Source: an uncultured archaeon (GTDB lineage: Archaea; Asgardarchaeota; Lokiarchaeia; Sigyniarchaeales; SOKP01). Taken from it: 52,275 nucleotides of DNA. The stretch covers positions 5,240 to 57,514 of the forward strand of contig CAZOYD010000018.1 in assembly GCA_964583985.1 (NCBI GenBank). The letters are read 5' to 3'. Shown piece by piece: positions 20,856-30,428 of the stretch. Under the pieces are notes generated by a model. That model had not been told where the DNA came from. It ran no database searches and saw nothing but the letters and a program-made list of their open reading frames with translations. A program made the translations under genes and the position numbers. Each line of letters opens with the position of its first letter. Within the stretch, counting starts at the first letter, position 1.

Positions 20856-21497
20856 ATGTTGGAATTATATACCCCAAATTATGAAGAAATCAACACTAAA
20901 ACCCGAATTACCATAGATTTAATAAAAGATGGAAAGGATTTTTTGGAAAATTATGACATAAACCCTGATTTGTTAATAGACACGGTAAACTTGATATATC
21001 GTTTCTTAAAAGTTCAAAATAAGATCCCCCATAATTTATATAAATTTTATATTGCAGCATATTATGTCATTTCAAGGCATCCTTTTGCCTTTCCAGCTCA
21101 TCAATCAAAAGAAGAATTTTGTAAACAATTTAACTTGAAAGTCAGCTCCTTAGAATATTGTATCGATTTACTTACTAACGCACTCAATTATATTAAAATA
21201 TTAGATGATATGAACTTTCCTTATTTTATCGATCCAAAATCAGATCTGAGTCTTAAAGTAATTAAAACAATCATTAAAAATAAAGTAGATTCTGCAATGA
21301 TAAACTTCCTCCTAAATAATCAATCGATCAACTCTCAACTTCTTACAGAAGAATTAGTATGCGATATTATATTTGAACACAAAGCTTTCCCAGAAGAATT
21401 ACTCAGGCAACTATATGATATCGTTTTTGAACAAGTTGAGATTCACATGCAAGATTATACGGAATATGCAAAATTACAGCAGAAATACTTTATCTAA
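20856..21497 (+). CDS. All-helical protein with cyclin/TFIIB-box-like N-terminal half
   Basis: TVNLIYRFL...FYIAAYYVISR...SKEEFCKQFNLKVSSLEY. ORF is certain; the fold is inferred. Confidence 0.55.
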   Translation: MLELYTPNYEEINTKTRITIDLIKDGKDFLENYDINPDLLIDTVNLIYRFLKVQNKIPHNLYKFYIAAYYVISRHPFAFPAHQSKEEFCKQFNLKVSSLEYCIDLLTNALNYIKILDDMNFPYFIDPKSDLSLKVIKTIIKNKVDSAMINFLLNNQSINSQLLTEELVCDIIFEHKAFPEELLRQLYDIVFEQVEIHMQDYTEYAKLQQKYFI

Positions 21498-21531
21498 ATA
21501 GTCATATCGTCCTTTTTTCTATTACGAATCG

Positions 21532-22491
21532 TTATTTATAATTTGCAAAGAATTTATTATAATCCAAAAATCGCTCTTTAAAATCAATTTTATTTAAAGG
21601 AATTCTCGGATCAAAACAAAATATCCTACTTCCATAATAAATCTGCCACTCGGTCAAAGCAAGAGCGATATTTAGGAATTGTTTTTGGAAATTTAGAGGT
21701 GTCGAAAATTCATAAAAATGCAGATATGGATTAAGTTTCGATATTTTTTTTTTCGATAACCATCTTCGCTTTGCTATTTTGGAATAAACTATCCTACCAC
21801 ATCTATCATTTTTTGGACTTAACCTGTTAGATGTTAGATGGATACCCACTAAATTGGATTCATCTTCCTTAGGCTTACCAATTTTGAAATGAAAATCAAA
21901 TAGAATATAGTAATCATCTTTTAATTGTATTATAAACCTATCATCAAAAAAGATCCAAGATATGGGAACAATTAAGCTGGCAAATAGATATAAACCAATA
22001 ATAAACGTATAGAAACGCCCTACCGAACCATCACCGAATTTAATCATTCCCAAATCAATGTATATTAGTATGCACACGGAAACGCTATTTAATAATAAGA
22101 AGATGAGTCCGCTATCGAATTTTTTATTAAAGCTAAATCCCAAGTTTTTAGATTCATTTCGAATAAACCTTATTAATGAGGGTGTGTATTTCAGATAAAT
22201 TATTTTCAAGAGATATATAAATAAGAAAGTGGTCGTACTAAAAATGCTCCAAGCAATCGTTAATTTAGAGTAATACGTTGGATTTATTGAACCTAAAAAA
22301 GTATTTTCCACTAATTCAGGATTAATTCTAATTATGAAGTATACGATGAAAACGACTAATACTATGAGTATATACAAAAATGTCTTTATTGTTTTCTTGA
22401 AGAATTCTTTTTGGATGACCTCAAACGATTTGATTGTACTTTCTTCAGTTTCGAAATCTAAATCTGGGTAAATTTCTTTTTGTCGCTTCAT
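21532..22491 (-). CDS. Four-TM membrane protein, unknown function
   Basis: Four hydrophobic segments. ATG 22491 overlaps the upstream TAA and follows GGAGG. Confidence 0.75.
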   Translation of the reverse strand: MKRQKEIYPDLDFETEESTIKSFEVIQKEFFKKTIKTFLYILIVLVVFIVYFIIRINPELVENTFLGSINPTYYSKLTIAWSIFSTTTFLFIYLLKIIYLKYTPSLIRFIRNESKNLGFSFNKKFDSGLIFLLLNSVSVCILIYIDLGMIKFGDGSVGRFYTFIIGLYLFASLIVPISWIFFDDRFIIQLKDDYYILFDFHFKIGKPKEDESNLVGIHLTSNRLSPKNDRCGRIVYSKIAKRRWLSKKKISKLNPYLHFYEFSTPLNFQKQFLNIALALTEWQIYYGSRIFCFDPRIPLNKIDFKERFLDYNKFFANYK

Positions 22492-22952
22492 TAAATGCCC
22501 CTCCATTTTTTTATTCTTTCTTCCTCTTCCTCTGGACTTATCCAAAATTTCTGCACGATCTCTCGAAATAATCTAAAATCGGGATTATCTTTTTCGTTAA
22601 GCTTAATTACGTGAAATTTTGATGTCTTTTTCTCGATATTGATATAATTGTTTTCTTCTAAATAATCAAACGCGTGAAATAATTTTTCGAGTCTATCAAT
22701 ATTTAGATTTCTCTTTATATCGGTCTTATTAATTATTGATTCCGATTTTTCTAGTTTTGCCAAACTCATCAACACTTGACCACCTCTGAGTGAAGCAATA
22801 TTCGTGAGCTTATCAAAGATCCTCGCAATACTTTTTATGATTTCATTCAAATCGTTATAGAAGGTAACCTTATTTTGTCCCTTTAATTCTAATGATTTCG
22901 TAAAATCATCAATATAATATTTTTCTAGAAATTCTTCAATTGAAATACTCAT
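22491..22952 (-). CDS. Winged-helix protein
   Basis: INKTDIKRNL...LFHAFDYLEENNYINIEK. Confidence 0.7.
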   Translation of the reverse strand: MSISIEEFLEKYYIDDFTKSLELKGQNKVTFYNDLNEIIKSIARIFDKLTNIASLRGGQVLMSLAKLEKSESIINKTDIKRNLNIDRLEKLFHAFDYLEENNYINIEKKTSKFHVIKLNEKDNPDFRLFREIVQKFWISPEEEEERIKKWRGI

Positions 22953-23103
22953 AGTGATTTACAATGCGTGAGTATTTATAAAAAAATTCCACGATTATAA
23001 TGAGCAAGAATAAATTAAAATAATTTTTTACATAATATAATGGATGGATTACAGTAATTTCGTATTAAGAAGGACCAGAAATCCCATTATCTTCCCACCA
23101 TCG

Positions 23104-23122
23104 AATACATAAAATATGTATT
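23104..23122. promoter_or_regulatory. Inverted repeat AATACATA-AAA-TATGTATT
   Basis: Perfect 8-bp arms between two divergent wHTH genes. Confidence 0.4.
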
Positions 23123-23249
23123 AAAAATTTAAATAGCTGTATTCAAATCCTATCAACGGACATGACCCTTTTTATAAAACTTCAATTTTACTATGTTTAG
23201 TATAAAATTAACATCAATAGAATTTAGGTGATAATTTATCCAAAAAGTG

Positions 23250-23447
23250 ATGAGAACGTATGAAGAAATTTGTTTGGCTAAATTAAAGGAATTAGGAATT
23301 GCTACAGCGAAGGAATGGGCTGTGGCTATGGGTTATGAAAGGCATAATGCTCTCGCAAAAGTCATCAAGCGAATTATAAACACTACTCCGGAAAAAATAA
23401 TTGTAATGTATGAACGAAAACCAAGAAAATACAAAATCAATGATTAA
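23250..23447 (+). CDS. Small winged-helix-like protein
   Basis: LKELGIATAKEWAVAMGY...PRKYKI; AGGTGA upstream. Confidence 0.65.
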   Translation: MRTYEEICLAKLKELGIATAKEWAVAMGYERHNALAKVIKRIINTTPEKIIVMYERKPRKYKIND

Positions 23448-23469
23448 AATAGCACATAATTATCGACAC

Positions 23470-24312
23470 TTAACTATCGAAAAAGTCTAAATTACATGAG
23501 ATTTTATTAATTTTAGAAAAAACACCCATAATAAGGCTCAATTCCTTTTTTGAAATGAAGCTTCTTTCGAAAACGTTCTTAAAAGATAACATCACGTTCT
23601 CTTTTTTATGTTTCCTAACCTTGAGATTTGATATTATCGTCGAAATCATGTCATATAATATCTTTCGATCGTCTTTACTTGCGATTAGTATGGGTTTTAC
23701 TCCTTTCCCAATGCTCAAGTTGTGAATCTTTTTAAAGATTTCATAGCAGATAATTCCACAAGCTTGGGAAACATTTAATGTTGAGTATATATTTCCTGTG
23801 GGGATCCGGATTACTATATCAGATAATTTAATCTCTTCATTTGTTAAACCTCGAGATTCTTTTCCAAACAAAATGGCAATTTTTAATGGTTTTTCCGATA
23901 ATGGTAAATCAAATTCATGAGGGAGAATAGGTAACCGTTTAATGTTCTGATAATTGCTCCCCTTTGCTGTAGTTCCGATGATTAAATCGAAATTTTGTAA
24001 ATAATTCGCTAATTTTCGAACATGAGTTTCTTGACTGATATCAGTAATTAAAATAGCGTTATATAATACATCTTTACCATGCATTGCGTATCCTTCAGTT
24101 TTTCGGCATAAGATGTTTTCTTTTTTTTCGATTGGATTAAAAATTACCAGATGTTCAAAATCGAAATTTTTCATGATTCGAGCGATAGAACCAATATTGC
24201 TCGCGTGTTCAGGTTGAACTAATATGATTGTGAACTCTAAATTTTGAAACTTGGGCGCAACATGAGTTTCTTGAAATTTGTTTAATTCTTTTAGAATGTT
24301 TTTCTTATTCAT
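23470..24312 (-). CDS. trmJ: tRNA (C/U32-2'-O)-methyltransferase, SPOUT family
   Basis: P...NIGSIARIMKNF, FGKESRGLTNEE, LNVSQA. Confidence 0.92.
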   Translation of the reverse strand: MNKKNILKELNKFQETHVAPKFQNLEFTIILVQPEHASNIGSIARIMKNFDFEHLVIFNPIEKKENILCRKTEGYAMHGKDVLYNAILITDISQETHVRKLANYLQNFDLIIGTTAKGSNYQNIKRLPILPHEFDLPLSEKPLKIAILFGKESRGLTNEEIKLSDIVIRIPTGNIYSTLNVSQACGIICYEIFKKIHNLSIGKGVKPILIASKDDRKILYDMISTIISNLKVRKHKKENVMLSFKNVFERSFISKKELSLIMGVFSKINKISCNLDFFDS

Positions 24313-24452
24313 GTCGAGTTTTCACCTAATTGAACTGTGATATACATAAAATATTATATTATTCTTTATTAAATCCGGATTTACCTATGTTAATAGTTGT
24401 AAGTCAAGAAAATTAAAGATATAAATACTTGATACTACAAAAAAGAATTATT

Positions 24453-25760
24453 ATGAATCTAAAAAATTTATTAGAAAAAGCTAATAGAAATAAAAAAAAG
24501 ATCGTTAAAACAATAATCATAGTGATATTTGCTATAATTATCAGTCCTATTGCTTTTTTGGGTTCATGGATAGTCTACATGGATCTAAGACCAGCTCCAA
24601 ATTATATTTATGACCCGATGTTAGAATTAACTCATTGGACTGTTGTTGATACTGGTGATTTTTTAGGAAAGACGCACAATTCGAATACCGATATGATTTA
24701 TTATGATAATTATTATTATCTAGTCTTTCAACAGAGCAAATGGCATATTGAAGATACGAATGGTGCATTAGTAGTGGCCAGATCTTCCGATGCGTCTCAA
24801 GGTAGTTGGGAAGAGATCCATAGAATTACTCTGCCAAATACGGATGTAAGAGATCCTAAGTTTGCTAATATCAGTAATCGATTATTTATATATTTCCTTC
24901 CGAATTATCAATTTGATCCCGCACCCAACACGACTTATTATCTATATAGTGATGATGGTATTAGTTTTACTACTCCTCAAGAACTGAAAGTAAATGTAAC
25001 TTATAGATATGATACTGGTGTAAAAGAAAATGTTACTACAGGAGGTTGGAATTTTTGGAGACCTAAAACTGCTGATAACGTGAATTGGTATGTATTAGCG
25101 AGTGGAAGAAAGTATACAGAAGATCCTGGAAGCATAGGGGATGCTGATGTCACCGGGACGATAACAATTTTATTGACGACAAAAGATGGGCTTAATTGGC
25201 ATGAAGTAACAGAAGTTTATACTACTCATGGAAATGGAGAAGCTTGTTTGGAATTCTTACCAAGCGGTGAGATCATAACTACTCATCGTGTAGGGTCAAT
25301 GGGTCTTCCCGGTTATGCGTTCGGTAATCCTCAAGGTGGTACAATAATCGGAACATCATATAATAACCTCCTAAATTATTCTTTTGCGCCTGAATTTCAA
25401 ACAAGATTAGATGGATCTACCCTATTTTCTCTGGATGGACGTATCTTTGCCGTTGGACGAAATCACTTAGGCCCTCGAGCAGATATGGGGAATCACTTTA
25501 CAGTAAAAAGAACAGCATTTTATGAAGTGAAACACGATAGATTAGTGCATTTATTTGATTTGCCAAGTAATGGAGACACTGCATATACGGGTGTAGTAGT
25601 AAAAGATGGATGGGTTTATACGTCATATTATACTAATCCCATTAATAAAAATTATGCATGGTTTGTTGGTCAGATATTTCTGGTTAAATCAAATATTAGG
25701 ATTGCAAGATTAAATGCTACTGGATTACTTGCATATGCTGATATAAAAGGAGGTGTATAA
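24453..25760 (+). CDS. Membrane-anchored beta-propeller (sialidase/glycoside-hydrolase-like) protein
   Basis: N-terminal TM, Asp-box-like SDDGISF and TKDGLNW, DVRDPK, LPSNGDTAY. Confidence 0.75.
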   Translation: MNLKNLLEKANRNKKKIVKTIIIVIFAIIISPIAFLGSWIVYMDLRPAPNYIYDPMLELTHWTVVDTGDFLGKTHNSNTDMIYYDNYYYLVFQQSKWHIEDTNGALVVARSSDASQGSWEEIHRITLPNTDVRDPKFANISNRLFIYFLPNYQFDPAPNTTYYLYSDDGISFTTPQELKVNVTYRYDTGVKENVTTGGWNFWRPKTADNVNWYVLASGRKYTEDPGSIGDADVTGTITILLTTKDGLNWHEVTEVYTTHGNGEACLEFLPSGEIITTHRVGSMGLPGYAFGNPQGGTIIGTSYNNLLNYSFAPEFQTRLDGSTLFSLDGRIFAVGRNHLGPRADMGNHFTVKRTAFYEVKHDRLVHLFDLPSNGDTAYTGVVVKDGWVYTSYYTNPINKNYAWFVGQIFLVKSNIRIARLNATGLLAYADIKGGV

Positions 25761-25761
25761 A

Positions 25762-25914
25762 TTGGAACAACCTAAAAAAGAAATTCCTGCACAAAAAAAT
25801 AGAAGATTAGAAAGAAAACATGTAAAATTGATTTTAGAACTATTATTAATGGGGATAGTCGGATTTTTGGTATTTTATCCATTCTTTCTATTTTTCTTTA
25901 ATTACATGACCTAA
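25762..25914 (+). CDS. 50-aa single-pass membrane microprotein (not in ORF track)
   Basis: GGAGGTG SD, TTG start: MEQPKKEIPAQKNRRLERKHVKLILELLLMGIVGFLVFYPFFLFFFNYMT. Confidence 0.7.
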   Translation: MEQPKKEIPAQKNRRLERKHVKLILELLLMGIVGFLVFYPFFLFFFNYMT

Positions 25915-25922
25915 ACTGAGAG

Positions 25923-26072
25923 GTGATTAAAATAGAGCGAAATAAAATTTGGGATTCACTAAAGAGAAATAAGAAGAAAATATGGAATATCACGAGAATT
26001 GTTTTTTGGTCACTTGTGTTCTTGGTAGCTTTAATTTCTATATATCTTCTATATACAGAATTTCTTTCCTAA
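25923..26072 (+). CDS. About 46-49-aa single-pass membrane microprotein (not in ORF track)
   Basis: GAGGTGA SD; IERNKIWDSLKRNKKKIWNITRIVFWSLVFLVALISIYLLYTEFLS. Start is GTG 25923 or ATA 25932. Confidence 0.65.
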   Translation: MIKIERNKIWDSLKRNKKKIWNITRIVFWSLVFLVALISIYLLYTEFLS

Positions 26073-26265
26073 TTTTTTTATTATTATTTTAAGCATACAT
26101 AAAGAAAAGATATCACGAAAAATAGATAGTTTGCGCTTATGAGGCAAAATTAAGTTGTCTACTCATTTATGTAATATATAAATATCTAAGTTCTTTATAT
26201 TTGATTAAGTGTTTATATTACCATAAAACCCTCGATATTATTCTATAAATAAAAAATTGATTCGA

Positions 26266-26859
26266 ATGCTTAATATTAAGAAAAACTTGGATAACTTGCA
26301 GTTTATTAATATCAGTACCGATGATTTTACGATATTTGAATGGAAACCAAAGAGATCATATAAAAGTTTCATTTTAGATTTGAACATATTGAAGCAAAAT
26401 CCTATGAGTGACATATTTTTTCACATGAATAAAGGCAACTTAAAAATTGTACATATTCGTAAAGGAAATATCATTTATTCTGCGGGATCGACTATCGAAA
26501 TGCAATTTCAATTATTAGAAGCAATTATTGAGCAAGTATCAATTGAATTTAATAAAAAATACGCTGTAGATTATATATTATCATATGAAAATTTCTCTCC
26601 TGGTATTTTTAATAAATTTGAAGTGGAGATAGAAGAATTATTGGCGAATTTTGAGAAAAAAGACTTGATAAAAGTAATTAATATTCCTTGCATGGTTTGT
26701 AACGTTATAAAACCATTAATTGTAAAGAAAAGTTTTATCAAAAATGCAGAATCATATCCTGTTCCCATAGTATATATCCATGAGGGTCATGCTGTTTTAT
26801 GTTTTATTGATAAAAATTTTGATGTGCGTGGGGTAGAACTAGTTCACATAACTGGATAG
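26266..26859 (+). CDS. Longin-like domain plus small C-terminal Cys/His domain
   Basis: Longin-like strand/helix pattern (LLEAIIEQVSIEFNKKY); CMVC...YIHEGHAVLCFID.NFDVRG. Confidence 0.6.
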   Translation: MLNIKKNLDNLQFINISTDDFTIFEWKPKRSYKSFILDLNILKQNPMSDIFFHMNKGNLKIVHIRKGNIIYSAGSTIEMQFQLLEAIIEQVSIEFNKKYAVDYILSYENFSPGIFNKFEVEIEELLANFEKKDLIKVINIPCMVCNVIKPLIVKKSFIKNAESYPVPIVYIHEGHAVLCFIDKNFDVRGVELVHITG

Positions 26860-26905
26860 TTATACTTATTGTAAAAACTCAAATTACGATTTTATGTGAA
26901 GAGAG

Positions 26906-28000
26906 ATGAAAGAACCTAAAATTGATGAGGATGATCAAGATCTGTTTTATGAATGTGTTTTAAAGAAAACTAAAACAGGCATTACATTTCCAAAGGATCT
27001 TAGAGATTTGCTGTTTGAAGAAGACCAAGATACCTTCTTCCGTTTATCTATTCCTATAAAACAAGATAAAATAATTTTAGAAGTAATTTCCGAGGAAGAA
27101 GCAAATAATTTAACCAATAAATTGAAAGAAACAAAACCAGAAACAGAAAATCTCCCAAAAGAAGTAAAAAAAATGAGATCTAACACGAAAAGGGCTCCTA
27201 ATTGGGGTGAATATTTTATTTATGACTTTAAGAATCAAGAAAAGGTAAAGCCCATTTTAGAATCAGCGTTTTACAAATTTGGAGAGAAACCAATCAATAT
27301 TGAAGATGCCATGGGAAGAGTAAAATACGTTTTAGTCTCCTTTCTATCTTCTACTAAAACCGAAAACTCAAAACTTTATTATACTGTGGAGCGATTTCTA
27401 ATAGACATCATAAAGCAATATGATCAAGTCAATTTGTTAGATTGGATTTTTGAAATGATCATACCAAGAATTGAATCAAAGTTTCTTTATGAACTAGCCC
27501 TCTTAGATCTAGTAGAAATATCATTGTCAACCCAACGATATGAAAAGGCAGAGTTATATATATTCCATATACTCAAAAACATCGACGATTACCCAAAATC
27601 AGAAATGTATAATATAATGAATAGTTTCAAGCAATTAGTCAAAAGTCTCAAATATGTTCAAAGATCTGATAAAATTGATATATTACTTAAAGAAAAATTA
27701 ATGGAATATGGAGAAGGAGTTATTGATATTGACTACAAGATTCAAATTATAGAGTTTCTAGAAGATTTACAATATATCGAATTAGCATATCAGCTTGCAA
27801 AAAAAGTGCAATTAGGATTACCACAAGATAGTTTGCGTTTAGAAAGTGTGAGAAAACTAGTAAAAAGGTTACATGTCGCTCCAATATCAGAAAACAAACC
27901 TCAATCGAGTATCGATTTTGACAAGCTAGATGAGGATGAAGAGTTTGATGAAAAGGATGACGAAGAATCAGATGAAGATGAAGAAGAGGAGGAAATTTAA
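26906..28000 (+). CDS. AbrB/SpoVT-like N-terminus, alpha-solenoid, acidic tail
   Basis: GITFPKDLRDLL...F.L....DKIILE; helical repeats; poly-D/E end. Confidence 0.65.
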   Translation: MKEPKIDEDDQDLFYECVLKKTKTGITFPKDLRDLLFEEDQDTFFRLSIPIKQDKIILEVISEEEANNLTNKLKETKPETENLPKEVKKMRSNTKRAPNWGEYFIYDFKNQEKVKPILESAFYKFGEKPINIEDAMGRVKYVLVSFLSSTKTENSKLYYTVERFLIDIIKQYDQVNLLDWIFEMIIPRIESKFLYELALLDLVEISLSTQRYEKAELYIFHILKNIDDYPKSEMYNIMNSFKQLVKSLKYVQRSDKIDILLKEKLMEYGEGVIDIDYKIQIIEFLEDLQYIELAYQLAKKVQLGLPQDSLRLESVRKLVKRLHVAPISENKPQSSIDFDKLDEDEEFDEKDDEESDEDEEEEEI

Positions 28001-28007
28001 GATTGAT

Positions 28008-29216
28008 TTATTCTTTTTCTTCTTCTTTCCGTTTTTCTTCTTCTAATTCTTTAAAAATTACGTCAGCGTGTTCTAATTCTGTTTCCCTGAGCTTTTTTTC
28101 TTTTTCTTCAATTTTTTTTTGTTGAAGTTCGATTTCTACATTAGAAAGCTCAGATTCTTTTTCTAATAATTGTTCTTTTATTTTAAGGGTTTTTTCCCTT
28201 TCTTGAATGGAAATTTCTTCAAATTGTTTTTCTTTAATCTCGAGTTCAATTTTTTTCTTTTTTATTTCAATATCTTTCTTTTTAAGTTCGATCTTTTTAT
28301 CAAATATATCATTTTCATCTTTCTTGATTTGTTTTTTGATCTTTTTTGGGAATTCTTCAAGATCAGTGATAGGTTCCACTTCTTTATCAAAAATTTCTTC
28401 TTTAATTCTTAAACTCTTTTCTTTTTCATCCATTAATTTTTCTTCAAGTTCAAGTTTTTTCTTTTTTATTTCAATTTCCTTTTTCTTTAATTCAATTTCC
28501 TTATCGCTAATTTCATCTTCTTCTTTTTCAATGATTTCTGATTCTGTAAGTTCTTCTTCAACCATTCCTTCAATTTGATCAACTGTAACTATTGCTTTTA
28601 GTACTAAATCAGATTTTTGTTTTAATTCTTCATTCTCTGTATTCTCTTTGACTTGATTTGTTAATATTCTCGTTATTAAAGAAGGATTTGATTTACCTAT
28701 TACTTTCAAGGCTTGAATTGCTTTTTCTACAATAAATTCTTTTTCATCCATTAATCTGGTAGAAATTGAAGCGATAAGTACCTCATCATCAATTATTTTT
28801 TCTCCTCCTGCCATAAATATTACTAATTGTAGAGCAGCTTCACGAATATTGGGATCCTCAGAATTTATTAAATCTTCAATGAAGGGTAAGAATAGATCGC
28901 ATTCATTTTCACAAAATGGTTTTAATAAAAGCAAAAATGAATATCTCAGGACAGAGTCTCTTTTGGACAAATTTTCCAATAATGATGGAAGATCAATTAT
29001 TAATTCCTCAATTAAAAATCTTAGAACAGTTCTACCTCCATGCTCTGTTAGTAATGTTTCAATAAGGTTTTCTAATCTATCTAAATAGTTTTCATCAGTA
29101 GCATCGCCTAAATATAACGCTATTATTTGAACAACATCATCAAAACGTCCATCGTGGATGAAATCTTTAATTTTTGATACTTCTGGATCTTGTTCTTTTT
29201 TTTTTTCTTCACTCAT
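28008..29216 (-). CDS. HEAT-repeat protein with long K/E coiled coil
   Basis: LINSEDPNIREAAL, LMDEKEFIVEKAIQAL; duplicated IELKKKxIEIKKKKxEL. Confidence 0.8.
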   Translation of the reverse strand: MSEEKKKEQDPEVSKIKDFIHDGRFDDVVQIIALYLGDATDENYLDRLENLIETLLTEHGGRTVLRFLIEELIIDLPSLLENLSKRDSVLRYSFLLLLKPFCENECDLFLPFIEDLINSEDPNIREAALQLVIFMAGGEKIIDDEVLIASISTRLMDEKEFIVEKAIQALKVIGKSNPSLITRILTNQVKENTENEELKQKSDLVLKAIVTVDQIEGMVEEELTESEIIEKEEDEISDKEIELKKKEIEIKKKKLELEEKLMDEKEKSLRIKEEIFDKEVEPITDLEEFPKKIKKQIKKDENDIFDKKIELKKKDIEIKKKKIELEIKEKQFEEISIQEREKTLKIKEQLLEKESELSNVEIELQQKKIEEKEKKLRETELEHADVIFKELEEEKRKEEEKE

Positions 29217-29242
29217 GTTAATCTTTCACTTCTTTTTATCAT

Positions 29243-30193
29243 TTATGCCCATATTATATAATAATCATTATAAATTCGATAAATTATGTTGAAAATTAAT
29301 CGCAAATCTCTATATCGTAAGGGATTTTTTTTCCCCATACCTTCTGAATTCACTCCAAAGTGAATTTTTATGACTAAGTCATTTTGTTTATTTAAATATA
29401 AATTAACTTCTTCACAATATTGACTTAATGCATCAAGGTCGTTTGAAAGAATATTCCAAAAATAATCATCAACCTTGTTATCTTTTGTTTCAGGAGGTTC
29501 TTTTTTCACGTTTAGCAAAATATCTTCAGGGATTATGCTTTTAATTTCAATTTGATCATCAATTCCTAATTTCAATTTAAATTCTGGAAAATGCAATCGA
29601 GCAAACAAATCACATATTCCTTTCAATAGTTCTACACTAGTAATATTATCTCTAGTCGCATTTGACAATACATAATTTTCATTTAGAAACATTACGTGAA
29701 TTTTTTCCTCAAATTTAAAAATCATAAAATTTTCTTGATCTGTTAATAAATATTGAAAATGTTCATCCCGATTATTAATTCGGTCTTTAAATATTTTAAT
29801 ACAATTTTGAAATTGCTTTTTAGAAATATATAAGTTTAATTTCCTATAATCTCCGTGAAAATAAACGTCTAAAAAATCAATGGTGTAGAGATAAGCATCA
29901 GTTGGTTTATAAACGACGGTTTTATTGTGATAATCTCGAAATATAATATTTTTATGCACGCTATAGCAAAATTTTGGCTGATCATCTAAGGTTAGCTTAT
30001 TTAATAATCGTAATTTTAACAACCATCGTTGCCTGCATCTTGGTTGAAGAGTACAAGCTATCCTATCAATTTGACATTCTTCAAAGCAAAGCTGATTTAT
30101 CCTTTTGACCATTAATTCGGTAAGTTCGTCAATCTCTTTGTCTAACTGAGAATCTGCTAATAGATTCCTTAAATGAAGCGAATTTAATGGCAT
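29243..30193 (-). CDS. Hypothetical protein with N-terminal Cys cluster
   Basis: CFEEC...C...C...C..H. Confidence 0.75.
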   Translation of the reverse strand: MPLNSLHLRNLLADSQLDKEIDELTELMVKRINQLCFEECQIDRIACTLQPRCRQRWLLKLRLLNKLTLDDQPKFCYSVHKNIIFRDYHNKTVVYKPTDAYLYTIDFLDVYFHGDYRKLNLYISKKQFQNCIKIFKDRINNRDEHFQYLLTDQENFMIFKFEEKIHVMFLNENYVLSNATRDNITSVELLKGICDLFARLHFPEFKLKLGIDDQIEIKSIIPEDILLNVKKEPPETKDNKVDDYFWNILSNDLDALSQYCEEVNLYLNKQNDLVIKIHFGVNSEGMGKKNPLRYRDLRLIFNIIYRIYNDYYIIWA

Positions 30194-30428
30194 TAGAAAA
30201 ATATAATATGCAAGAAGTTAATTCTATAAACTTTTCAAGGTAAAAAAAATCTTTCTTTTCTAATAATTAATAGCTAATATTTATTATCTCAATTATTCGA
30301 TTTGGAAGATATTCTCAATTGATCCTAAAACTTTTAGACTCAAATGATATTAATATATATTAGGAAGAGTTTGTTATATGATTATAAAGAATATTTGATA
30401 TCCCGTAATTTAGAAATGAGTGAAAATC

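Noticed and set aside
28170-29088. Plus-strand F/S/I-rich ORFs
   Set aside because: Antisense shadows of the K/E-rich coiled-coil gene. The same applies to the other short ORFs that overlap long genes.
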